This document shows, piece after piece, positions 53,938-62,960 of a DNA stretch of 64,000 nt. The translations under genes and the position numbers were made by a program. Location of the stretch: assembly GCA_040756745.1 (NCBI GenBank), contig JBFLYO010000016.1, positions 8,655-72,654 on the forward strand, given 5' to 3'. Under the pieces are notes generated by a model. That model was given only the letters and a program-made list of their open reading frames with translations. It was not told the origin of the DNA and ran no database searches. The number at the start of each line of letters is the position of its first letter. Position 1 is the first letter of the stretch. This stretch comes from Bacteroidota bacterium (GTDB lineage Bacteria; Bacteroidota; Ignavibacteria; UBA10030; UBA6906).

Positions 53938-55278
53938 ATGCGCGTACCCCCCTGCACCCTCTTCGTACTATTGTTCGCTCTTCCTACGTCCGCACAGCCC
54001 CTGGACCCGCAGCACCTTGCCGAAACAGTGAAGCGGGAGTTTCTTCATGCATGGAACGGATACAAGAAGTACGCGTGGGGACATGACGGCTACCGCCCCC
54101 TCAGCAAGACCCCGTATGACTGGTATGCCGAGACGTTTTATTTGACCCCCCTTGAGGCCCTGGACACGATGACGCTGATGGACCTCACGGAGGAAGCCGA
54201 CAGCACGCGAGAGTTCATCGCAACGCATCTCTCGTTCGACAAGGATGTGGAGGTGGGCGTGTTTGAGTTCACGATCAGGATTCTGGGAAGCCTGATCGCG
54301 AACTTCCAATCGTCGGGAGATGCCCGGCTGCTGGCGCTTGCCGACTCACTGGCAACGCGCATGACGCCGGCGTTCATCAGCGGCACGGGCATGCCGTACC
54401 GATTCGTAAACCTCAGAACCGGCGCGGTCAGGGGCGAGGTAAGCAACCCGGGCGAGATCGGAACGCTTCTGGTCGAATGGGGCTCGTTGTCGGCGCTGAC
54501 GAGGAAACCCGCGTTCTACAACTATGCCAAGAACGCCCTCCTGCGGGTCTATGAACACCGCTCGCCGCTCGGCCTCGTGGGGGATGCGATCGACGTCAAC
54601 ACCGGAGCATGGAAGGGGACAGACAGTCACCTGAGCGCGTGCATTGATTCCTATTATGAATACCTCGTCAAATCCGCGTTGCTGTTCGACGACGATGATT
54701 GCCGGCTCATGTGGCGCACGTCCTATGCTGCAATCAACGCATATCTGCTGGACTCGAGCGCATCGGGGTTCTGGTACGGCCATGCGGACATGAATACAGG
54801 AAAGCGGACGAGAACCTGGTTCGGCGCCCTGGATGCGTTCTTCCCCGCGGTGCAAGTGCTCGCGGGCGACGTTCCGCGCGCAGAGCGTCTCATGAAGTCC
54901 TGCTACAGGATGTGGACCGCATACGGCATCGAGCCGGAGCAGTTCAACTATGCCACTGGGGCCGTGGAAAAACCTAAGTACTTCCTCAACCCGGAGATTA
55001 TAGAATCCGCCTACTATCTTTACATGGCAACGGGCGATACGCTATACCAGAAGATGGGGGAAGCCTTTCTGAGCGATCTCATGGCATGGTGCCGCACTGA
55101 TGAAGGGTATGCGGAGCTCAAGAATGTCGTCACAAAGGAAAAGATGGATCGGATGGAGCCCTACTTCATGGCAGAGACGATGAAGTATCTCTACCTTTTG
55201 TTCGCGCCGCCTGATACGCTTCCATTTGACCGAGTGATATTTACAACAGAAGCCCATCCGATCCGGAGAAGCTGGTAA
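53938..55278 (+). CDS. glycoside hydrolase family 47 (class I alpha-1,2-mannosidase)
   Basis: ORF 53845..55278 trimmed to Met32 (MRVPPCTLFVLLFALPTSAQP signal). GH47 blocks FEFTIRILGSLI, DSYYEYLVKS and the overall (alpha/alpha)7 pattern. Confidence 0.8.
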   Translation: MRVPPCTLFVLLFALPTSAQPLDPQHLAETVKREFLHAWNGYKKYAWGHDGYRPLSKTPYDWYAETFYLTPLEALDTMTLMDLTEEADSTREFIATHLSFDKDVEVGVFEFTIRILGSLIANFQSSGDARLLALADSLATRMTPAFISGTGMPYRFVNLRTGAVRGEVSNPGEIGTLLVEWGSLSALTRKPAFYNYAKNALLRVYEHRSPLGLVGDAIDVNTGAWKGTDSHLSACIDSYYEYLVKSALLFDDDDCRLMWRTSYAAINAYLLDSSASGFWYGHADMNTGKRTRTWFGALDAFFPAVQVLAGDVPRAERLMKSCYRMWTAYGIEPEQFNYATGAVEKPKYFLNPEIIESAYYLYMATGDTLYQKMGEAFLSDLMAWCRTDEGYAELKNVVTKEKMDRMEPYFMAETMKYLYLLFAPPDTLPFDRVIFTTEAHPIRRSW

Positions 55279-55321
55279 CGACGGGCGGTTCCCATTTTCG
55301 CCATTTAGGCAGCAGTCACGT

Positions 55322-58201
55322 ATGACCTCGATGAAACGCGCAGTTGTTATTATCACCGTCGCACTGGGCGCACACGTCGGCGCATCCGCCATATTCGCTC
55401 AGGACCGGCCAAAGAAGCTCCTCACGCATGATGTATATGATTCGTGGAAGCGGGCCACCGGAGAGGCGGTCTCTCCCGACGGGGCCTGGATTCTGTACAC
55501 CCTTGAGCCGCAGGAGGGGGATGCCCGGCTTGTCGTTGCGGACGCACGAAGCGGCCGAACTGATACCATTGCCCGCGGTGTCAACGGTTCGTTCACGTTC
55601 AATTCCGACTACGCGGTGTTTACAGTGAAGGCGCTGTATGCCGACGTGAAAAAGGGGAAGATCGCGAAGAAGAAGGGGGATGACCTGCCAAAGGACTCAC
55701 TCGGCATCCTCGCGCTTGGTTCATCTTCGTTGGCGAAAATCCCGCGCGTGAAGTCGTTCAAGCTCCCCGAACGAGGGTCGGGGTGGGTCGCGTATCAGCG
55801 CGAGAAGGACCTTGCGCCGGGAGATTCCGTGAAGCGACAGAAGCCGCGTGGAGGCGGGGACGACGCCGATGAACAGTCTGACGACGCCAAAAAGGAACGT
55901 GGGACTACAGTCGTCGTGCGGGAACTCTCAAGCGGAAAGGAGTACCAGTTCCCATTCGCGCGAGACTTCGAGTTCACAAAGGACGGCTCAAAGCTGATCG
56001 TGACGACAACAGGGAACGATTCCACCGCTCTTCCCGGGGTCTTCGTATTCTCCACTGCCGCGCACGCGATTGATACCATTGCCAGCGGGAAGGGCTCGTT
56101 CCGACAGCCGGCCTGGGACGAAGAGGGAACGCAAGCAGCGTTTGTCGCAGACCGCGACACATCGAAGGCCAGGCAGCGGTACTTCTCCCTCTACTTGTGG
56201 AGAGCCGGCAAGGATTCCGCGACATTGGTGGCGGACACGACAACTCCGGGCATGTATCCCCATTGGCTGGTGAGCGAGAACGGCCGTTTGAAGTTCTCCA
56301 AAGACGGATCAAGGCTCTTTGTTGGAACCGCGCCGGTCCCGCTGCCCGACGACACAACAATGAACGATGAGGAAACCGCCAAACTCGACATCTGGAGCTG
56401 GCAGGACCATTTCATCCAACCCCAGCAGCTCAAGATGCTTGATGAAGAGAAGAAACGGTCCCACCAGGCCGTCGTGCACCTCGCCGACCGGGGATTCGTT
56501 CAATTGGGCGACACCTCGCTTCCGGCCATCGACATCGGCGATGAAGGAAACGCAGAACTTGGACTCGGGACGTCAGATCTGTCGTACCGTCGCAGCCGAT
56601 CATGGGAGGGATACTCGCGCTATGATCTCTTTGCCGTCGATCTCCGATCCGGCGCGAGGCGGCGCCTTGTCGCAGGCGTGCGCGGGCCGGTGCATCTCTC
56701 TCCGGGCGGCAGGTATGCGGTCTGGTATGACACCGGGAAACGGCATTGGTTTGCCGTTCCGCTCGCTGGAGGAAAACCGGTGAACCTCACCGCGAATGTC
56801 AGTGTCCCCCTGTACAATGAACTGAACGACGTGCCGGACCACGCGGCCCCTCACGGATTGCTCGGCTGGATCGGGCGGGACAGTCTCTTCCTCGTGTACG
56901 ACCGGTATGACATCTGGGTCACCGATCCGACAGGGACACGCCCTGCGTGGTGCATGACCCGGGGCGCGGGGCGGAAGGGGAACCTGCGCTACCGCTACGT
57001 GCGGCTTGATCCCGAGGAGCGATTCATTACGGCTGGATCGCGCATGCTCCTCAGGACATTCGACGACATGGACAAGCGAGCCGGTTTTGCGGCGACTGAG
57101 GCAGGCACCGCGGCGACGCCGCGTTTGCTTGTGCTCACCCCGCATGACTACGGGACACCGCAGAAAGCGAAGCAGGCAGGGACGCTGATCTTCACCCGGA
57201 GCACTTTCAGGGAATGCCCGGATCTTTACACGAGCTCCATGGAGTTTTCCGAACCGAAACGGCTGAGCGACGCCAATCCTCAACAAGACAACTACCTCTG
57301 GGGTTCGGTTGAACTGGTGCATTGGAAACCGCCAAAGGGGAAAGAGCTTGACGGGCTTCTCTACACTCCGGAGGGCTTTGACGTCAGGAAGAAATATCCG
57401 ATGATCGTGTACTACTATGAAAGAAACTCCGATTTCCTCCATCGCTACTTTGCACCTGCGCCGAGCGCATCCACGGTCAATATCCCGCTCTATGTCAGCA
57501 GAGGATATATCGTTTTCGTCCCGGATATTCGGTATCGCGTAGGGCATCCCGGCGGGAGCGCACTGGAGTGCATCGTTTCGGGGGTGAAGGCATTGATCGC
57601 TCGGGGGTTCGTCGATCCGGACCGGATCGGATTGCAGGGACAGAGCTGGGGAGGATATCAGACAGCATTCCTGGTCACCCGCACCCACATGTTCCGTGCA
57701 GCGATGGCAGGTGCCGTGGTGTCCAACATGACCAGCGCCTACGGGGGTATCCGCTGGGGGACGGGTTTCGTGCGCATGTTCCAGTATGAGAAATCCCAGA
57801 GCCGGATCGGCCGGACGCTCTGGGAACGTCCCGACCTGTATATTGAGAACTCCCCCCTCTTTCGGGCCGACAGCATACGGACGCCGCTCCTTTTGATGCA
57901 CAATGACGCCGACGGCGCCGTGCCGTGGTACCAGGGGATTGAGATGTTCAACGCTCTCCGGCGGCTCAACAGGCCGGTCTGGATGCTCACCTACAACGGC
58001 GAAGAGCACAACCTCGTCCAGCGGAAGAACCGGAAGGATCTCTCCGTCCGCATGCTGCAGTTCTTCGATCATTACCTGATGGAGAAGCCGGCGCCACGAT
58101 GGATGACGGAGGGACTGCCCGCCATTGAAAAAGGGAAAACGCTGAAATACGAACTCAGCGGATCGCCGGCACTTCCCCGGGGGAACCATGACGCGCCGTG
58201 A
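55322..58201 (+). CDS. S9-family serine peptidase (prolyl oligopeptidase / DPP-like) with N-terminal beta-propeller
   Basis: 959 aa with a signal peptide. C-terminal alpha/beta-hydrolase domain with nucleophile elbow GQSWGG, acid MHNDADGAV and His in EEHNL. Confidence 0.8.
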   Translation: MTSMKRAVVIITVALGAHVGASAIFAQDRPKKLLTHDVYDSWKRATGEAVSPDGAWILYTLEPQEGDARLVVADARSGRTDTIARGVNGSFTFNSDYAVFTVKALYADVKKGKIAKKKGDDLPKDSLGILALGSSSLAKIPRVKSFKLPERGSGWVAYQREKDLAPGDSVKRQKPRGGGDDADEQSDDAKKERGTTVVVRELSSGKEYQFPFARDFEFTKDGSKLIVTTTGNDSTALPGVFVFSTAAHAIDTIASGKGSFRQPAWDEEGTQAAFVADRDTSKARQRYFSLYLWRAGKDSATLVADTTTPGMYPHWLVSENGRLKFSKDGSRLFVGTAPVPLPDDTTMNDEETAKLDIWSWQDHFIQPQQLKMLDEEKKRSHQAVVHLADRGFVQLGDTSLPAIDIGDEGNAELGLGTSDLSYRRSRSWEGYSRYDLFAVDLRSGARRRLVAGVRGPVHLSPGGRYAVWYDTGKRHWFAVPLAGGKPVNLTANVSVPLYNELNDVPDHAAPHGLLGWIGRDSLFLVYDRYDIWVTDPTGTRPAWCMTRGAGRKGNLRYRYVRLDPEERFITAGSRMLLRTFDDMDKRAGFAATEAGTAATPRLLVLTPHDYGTPQKAKQAGTLIFTRSTFRECPDLYTSSMEFSEPKRLSDANPQQDNYLWGSVELVHWKPPKGKELDGLLYTPEGFDVRKKYPMIVYYYERNSDFLHRYFAPAPSASTVNIPLYVSRGYIVFVPDIRYRVGHPGGSALECIVSGVKALIARGFVDPDRIGLQGQSWGGYQTAFLVTRTHMFRAAMAGAVVSNMTSAYGGIRWGTGFVRMFQYEKSQSRIGRTLWERPDLYIENSPLFRADSIRTPLLLMHNDADGAVPWYQGIEMFNALRRLNRPVWMLTYNGEEHNLVQRKNRKDLSVRMLQFFDHYLMEKPAPRWMTEGLPAIEKGKTLKYELSGSPALPRGNHDAP

Positions 58202-59174
58202 GCTGGTGATACGAACCATTCGGTTCCAGGGAGCGGAACGGATCCCATACGATCTCCCCGAACCCTACGGGTCGGATTTCTACTCAATTGAACTCGACCC
58301 TTCCCCCGATGCCCGGCCGGCCAGCGGGCGCGACGAGTGGGGAGCGCTCTGGGTGAACAAGGGGGGAATGCAGCTCGGCCAGGTGAAGGAGGTCCCGCTG
58401 GCTTCGTGGGATGATTTCAATTCGCTGGCCATACCGGACGTCAACGACCCGTCGCGATGGGCAGCCGTCCGCGGCGTCAGGCAGCGGGCCGGCGACGCAT
58501 TTGTCCTTGCCAAGGGGATCTCCCTCTACGAACGTATCCACTTCCTGAGAGGACTGGAGAACACCTGGGCCGATATCTACGATGAAACGGAGCGTTTGAA
58601 GTCTCTCATCGAAATCCTTCTGCAAATGAATTTCCGCGCGATCGAGCGCTACGCTGCCGAAGGGGCGGACGGATACCTCATCCCCGACGATTGGGGGCTG
58701 CAGGACACGCTGATGATCTCCCCTTCATCGTGGCGCGCGATCTGGAAGCCGTATTACGCGCGCCTCTTCAATGCCGTGCATGATGCCGGGATGCTGATGT
58801 TCCTCCACTCCTGCGGCTACATTGTGGACATTCTGGACGACCTGATCGGCATCGGACTGGACGTTGTGCACATGGATCAGCAGGAAAACATGGGTCTCGA
58901 GTTGCTCGGCCGCCGGTTCGGCGGACGGCTGACATTCTTTTCTCCCGTCGACATCCAGAAGACAATGGTCAACGGAACGATGGACGACATCCGCGCCTAT
59001 TGCCGTGCAATGGCGCATCATCTCGGCCGTCCGGAAGGAGGGTTCATTCCGCGATGGTACTCCGACCCCGCGGGTGCAGGCCACACGTCGGAGGCGCTGA
59101 AGACGATGTGCGAGGAGTTCCTCGCCATCAGCAGGTCACACAAACCCGTTTACCCCGATCGGATCTCCGCATGA
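58188..59174 (+). CDS. uroporphyrinogen-decarboxylase (URO-D)-like / MtaA-type methyltransferase-fold protein
   Basis: 328 aa. TIM-barrel URO-D family pattern (FLHSCGYIVDILDDLIGIGLDVVHMD). Confidence 0.6.
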   Translation: MTRRELVIRTIRFQGAERIPYDLPEPYGSDFYSIELDPSPDARPASGRDEWGALWVNKGGMQLGQVKEVPLASWDDFNSLAIPDVNDPSRWAAVRGVRQRAGDAFVLAKGISLYERIHFLRGLENTWADIYDETERLKSLIEILLQMNFRAIERYAAEGADGYLIPDDWGLQDTLMISPSSWRAIWKPYYARLFNAVHDAGMLMFLHSCGYIVDILDDLIGIGLDVVHMDQQENMGLELLGRRFGGRLTFFSPVDIQKTMVNGTMDDIRAYCRAMAHHLGRPEGGFIPRWYSDPAGAGHTSEALKTMCEEFLAISRSHKPVYPDRISA

Positions 59175-59272
59175 CCGCACGCCGGGATCTCGCAGAGTAA
59201 ACGGCCAGGCGTCTTCTTGACAGTTCTATCCCTTTTGCGGACATTCTGCACACCACGATACGGGACACTCTC

Positions 59273-60871
59273 ATGCACCCCATATTCCTCATTGCAAGCG
59301 GGGACCTTCGCCCGGCGGCCAACCGCAACTGCGAGCCGGCACAGGCCGCCATGGAACGCCAGATCGTCGACGCAGTGACGCGGCTCGGCGGCACGGTACG
59401 GCGCGCACATCCGTTCGATCCGCTCAAGCAACACAGCTTCATCGACAGCCAGCGCTACGGCATGGAGGTGTTTCGGTCGATCCCGCCTGCCGCTCCGTTG
59501 ATCGTTGCGGAAGCGGTGTGGCAGTACAGCCACCACGTGCTTGCAGGGCTCACAACGCACAGGGGGCCGATTCTAACGGTGGCCAACTGGAGCGGTACCT
59601 GGCCGGGGCTGGTCGGGCTCTTAAACCTGAACGCGTCGCTCATCAAAGCTGGGGTTCGGTACAGCTCCCTCTGGAGCGAGGATTTTACTGATCCCTTTTT
59701 TGTCAAGGGCTTGGCGAAGTGGATCAAGACCGGGAAGATCGTCCATAACACCTCGCAGGTCATCCCCTATGCCGCTGCCCGGGTTCCCGCGGCCGCTGCG
59801 GCGGCAGGCAAGAAATTCGCACAGGAGATGCGGGCCCAGAAGGCGATCCTCGGCGTGTTCGACGAAGGTTGCATGGGGATGTACAATGCGATCATCCCCG
59901 ATGAGCTTCTCCACGCTACGGGCGTATTCAAGGAACGATTGAGCCAGTCGGCCCTCTACGCGAGGATGCTCACGGTCAGTGAGGCCGACGCATGGAATGT
60001 CTACCGCTGGCTTGTGGATCGTGGTATGAGGTTCAACCTGGGTGCCAACGAAGAAACGGATCTTACCGAGTCGCAGGTGCTGCAGCAGTGCCGCATGTAC
60101 ATTGCCGCGGTACGCATCGCCGCAGAGTTCGGCTGTGATGCGATCGGCATCCAGTACCAGCAGGGCCTCAAGGATCTTGCCCCCGCCTCCGATCTTGCCG
60201 AAGGAATCCTGAACAACGTCGAACGTCCTCCAGTCTACGACGAACAGACGGGGAACGAACTTTTCCCCGGCGAAGCGGTGCCACATTTCAATGAGGTGGA
60301 TGAATGCGCGGGGCTCGACGCACTCGTGACGTACCGGCTCTGGCGCCGCCTCGGCATTCCCCCCGAGAACACACTTCATGACCTCCGATGGGGACGCTAC
60401 TATCGCGGGAACGGGATCGACGATTTCGTCTGGGTATTCGAAATCTCCGGCGCCGTCCCCCCTGCTCACTTTGAGAACGGTTATCGGGGTGCCACGGGTG
60501 AGCGACAGCCCCCGATGTACTTTCGGCTCGGCGGAAGCTCGATCAAGGGAGTGAGCAAACCGGGTCACGTGGTCTGGAGCCGTGTCTTTGTGGCAGAAGG
60601 TCGGCTCAACTTCGACACCGGCCTGGCGCGTGCCGTCGCGCTTCCTGCGGAGGAAACCGAAGAGCGGTGGCGTCTGACCACGCCGCAATGGCCGATCATG
60701 CACGCCGTGCTGGAAGGAGTGACGAGAGACCAGATGATGGCGCGACACAAGTCGAATCACATTCAGGTAGCATACGCACCAGATCGCTCCACGGCCCGAA
60801 AGGCAATGTTTATCAAGGCTGCCGCAATGAAGGAACTCGGGTTGCGAGTGAGCTTCTGTGGTGTGAGATAG
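59273..60871 (+). CDS. L-fucose isomerase-like family protein (putative aldose-ketose isomerase)
   Basis: 532 aa. N-terminal IFLIASGDLR resembles the FucI N-terminal PxIDGRR-type segment. Operon context is with sugar ABC transporter and FGGY kinase genes. Tentative. Confidence 0.4.
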   Translation: MHPIFLIASGDLRPAANRNCEPAQAAMERQIVDAVTRLGGTVRRAHPFDPLKQHSFIDSQRYGMEVFRSIPPAAPLIVAEAVWQYSHHVLAGLTTHRGPILTVANWSGTWPGLVGLLNLNASLIKAGVRYSSLWSEDFTDPFFVKGLAKWIKTGKIVHNTSQVIPYAAARVPAAAAAAGKKFAQEMRAQKAILGVFDEGCMGMYNAIIPDELLHATGVFKERLSQSALYARMLTVSEADAWNVYRWLVDRGMRFNLGANEETDLTESQVLQQCRMYIAAVRIAAEFGCDAIGIQYQQGLKDLAPASDLAEGILNNVERPPVYDEQTGNELFPGEAVPHFNEVDECAGLDALVTYRLWRRLGIPPENTLHDLRWGRYYRGNGIDDFVWVFEISGAVPPAHFENGYRGATGERQPPMYFRLGGSSIKGVSKPGHVVWSRVFVAEGRLNFDTGLARAVALPAEETEERWRLTTPQWPIMHAVLEGVTRDQMMARHKSNHIQVAYAPDRSTARKAMFIKAAAMKELGLRVSFCGVR

Positions 60872-61049
60872 GTTAAGGTTAAGGTTGAGGGTAAGGGTAA
60901 GGATCAGTAAGGGATGAAGGGAAATCTTGCGATGCCAAGGTTTCTCACATGAATTCCTCCCCAAATCCTTGCGAATCGTACTTCTCAACCTCACACTGTT
61001 GTTCCTGAAGCCGTTTCCCCTTAACCTTAACCTCATCTTTTCCTTAACC
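60872..61049. repeat. hexamer-repeat inverted-repeat element (GGTTAAGGTTAAGGTTGAGGGTAAGGGTAAGG ... CCCCTTAACCTTAACCTCATCTTTTCCTTAACC)
   Basis: Arms of GGTTAA/GGGTAA units (60872..60902) and their reverse complement (61017..61049). They flank a ~110-bp centre that itself has TCTTGCGA direct repeats. Fills the spacer between the isomerase-like gene and the ABC permease. Confidence 0.6.
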
Positions 61050-61050
61050 T

Positions 61051-62019
61051 TTGTCTGACTCTCCCTTGCATCGCCTTCGCCCCTTTCTCTCGCTCGTTCT
61101 GGTGTTCCTCGTCGGCTGTGTCTTCAACGCCGACGGCACGTTCTTCCAGTGGGACACCCATCGCGACATGCTGCGGCAGGTATCGGTGATCGGCCTGCTC
61201 GCCTGCGGGATGTCGGTGGTCATCATTGCGGGGGGGATTGACCTCGCCGTCGGAAGCATTCTTGGCCTCTGCGCGGTGCTCTTTTCGCTCTGCACGATGC
61301 ACGGAGGATGGCACCCCGCGGCGGCAATCGGTATCACGCTGGCCGCAGGGGCGGCATGCGGGGCAATGTCCGGAGGGCTGATTGCCCGGTTTAGAATTCA
61401 ACCGTTTGTCGCCACCCTGGCGATGATGGTCTTCGCCCGCGGGATCTCAAAGCTGATATCCGGCGGACAGAAGATTTCGACTGCGGTGCAAGTTCCCGAC
61501 GGATCGTATCAGTACGTCGCCGTCCCCCCTGTGTTCGACGTGCTGGGGGCTCGCATTGCGGGGGACAACCTTGCGGTCGTCACGCTTATCCTGGTTGCCT
61601 GCCTTGGTCTGTGCGCGCTCTTTCTTTCCCGCTTCCGCTGGGGGCGACACATGTATGCGATCGGCGGCAACGAGGAAGCAGCCCGCTACGCCGGCATCCC
61701 CGTTCGCGCCACCACGGTCATGGCGTACGCGATCTGCGGCCTGCTCTCTGCGGTCGCCGGGATCTGCCAGGCCGCTCAGGAACAGCAAGGGGATCCCGAA
61801 GCCGGGCTCACATACGAACTATCGGCAATCGCCATGGTCGTCATCGGCGGCACGAGTCTGCGCGGAGGGAGCGGTTCGATCCCCCTCACCGCTCTCGGCA
61901 TCCTCATCATCGGATACATGGAAAAGATCCTCAGCATCAACGCCGTCGGCGAAGAAACAAGGCTTATCCTGACCGGGCTGATCATCGTCGTCGCGGTGCT
62001 GTTTCAGAAGAACCAATGA
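61051..62019 (+). CDS. monosaccharide ABC transporter permease (RbsC/XylH-like)
   Basis: 322 aa. Multiple TM helices and the conserved IIAGGIDLAVGS and EAARYAGIPV blocks of the ribose/xylose-type permease family. Confidence 0.8.
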   Translation: MSDSPLHRLRPFLSLVLVFLVGCVFNADGTFFQWDTHRDMLRQVSVIGLLACGMSVVIIAGGIDLAVGSILGLCAVLFSLCTMHGGWHPAAAIGITLAAGAACGAMSGGLIARFRIQPFVATLAMMVFARGISKLISGGQKISTAVQVPDGSYQYVAVPPVFDVLGARIAGDNLAVVTLILVACLGLCALFLSRFRWGRHMYAIGGNEEAARYAGIPVRATTVMAYAICGLLSAVAGICQAAQEQQGDPEAGLTYELSAIAMVVIGGTSLRGGSGSIPLTALGILIIGYMEKILSINAVGEETRLILTGLIIVVAVLFQKNQ

Positions 62020-62042
62020 CCCACCGATTCAGGAGCGAGACC

Positions 62043-62960
62043 ATGAAGAGAATATCCCCCTGGGTGTTTCTGACTCTGTTCCCCGCGTCGCTCTTTTGTC
62101 AGTCCCCCCGATGGACGATCGGCATGAGCCAATGCAACCTCGGCGAGCCATGGCGCGTGCAGATGAACGCCGACGTCAAGAAGGCGGCTGAGGCGTACGC
62201 GGAGCTGAAGGTCATTTATAAAGATGCGCAAAACGACAATCTCCGCCAGGCCGCGCACGTCGACGAACTGATTCGTGCAGGGGTCAATCTGATCATCATC
62301 TCGCCGAAAGAGGCCGCGCCGCTGACCAAACCCGTGGCCGACGCCTACCGCGCCGGGATTCCCGTGATCGTACTGGATCGTCGGGTTCTGGGAGACCAGT
62401 TTACCTGTTTCATCGGCGCCGACAACAAGAAGATCGGGAAGGCAGCCGGACGCTGGATTGTCAAGCAGCTCGGAGGCAAAGGAAAGGTCGTTGAGCTCAA
62501 AGGACTGATGACCTCAACCCCCGGGCAGGACAGAAACTCCGGCTTCCGGGAAGGCATCGCAGGTTCGGGGATCGAGATTGTGTTCGAGGCGGACATGAAG
62601 TGGCTGGAGCCCAACGCGCGGAAGGAGATGGAGTCGGCCCTCGCCCGGTACCCTGTAATCGACCTGGTGTACGCGCACAACGATCCCGCAGCTCATGGTG
62701 CCTATCTTGCGGCCAGAGCAGCGGGGCGTGAACGGTCCGTCGTCTTTGTGGGGATCGACGGGCTTCCGCATGAGGGACAGATGTACGTGAGACAGGGGAT
62801 CCTCGCGGCAAGCTTCGAGTACCCGACCGGCGGCCGAGAGTCAATTGAGAATGCCCTCTTGATCCTGAACGGCAAGCAGGTACCGAAAGAGGTCACTCTT
62901 CCATCCCGTGTCTTCACCAAGGCCACCGTGGACAAAGGTGGGGAGTGGCTCCCTGAATGA
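62043..62960 (+). CDS. sugar ABC transporter periplasmic substrate-binding protein (RbsB-like, PBP type 1)
   Basis: ORF 61611..62960 trimmed to the second ATG (62043), which has an AGGAG Shine-Dalgarno 7 nt upstream and the signal MKRISPWVFLTLFPASLFC. An earlier ATG at 62016 overlaps the permease stop. Fold pattern GIPVIVLDR and HNDPAAHGA is typical of the ribose-binding protein family. Confidence 0.75.
   Translation: MKRISPWVFLTLFPASLFCQSPRWTIGMSQCNLGEPWRVQMNADVKKAAEAYAELKVIYKDAQNDNLRQAAHVDELIRAGVNLIIISPKEAAPLTKPVADAYRAGIPVIVLDRRVLGDQFTCFIGADNKKIGKAAGRWIVKQLGGKGKVVELKGLMTSTPGQDRNSGFREGIAGSGIEIVFEADMKWLEPNARKEMESALARYPVIDLVYAHNDPAAHGAYLAARAAGRERSVVFVGIDGLPHEGQMYVRQGILAASFEYPTGGRESIENALLILNGKQVPKEVTLPSRVFTKATVDKGGEWLPE

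Noticed and set aside
60885-60902. Telomere-like (GGGTAA)n / (GGTTAA)n tracts
   Set aside because: Only 2-3 units, embedded in a palindromic element in a bacterial chromosome. Resemblance to TTAGGG-type repeats is taken as coincidental.
59621-61036. 471-aa minus-strand ORF antisense to the fucose-isomerase-like gene
   Set aside because: Antisense shadow. Its C-terminal LTLTLNLNLNL segment is just the hexamer-repeat element being translated.
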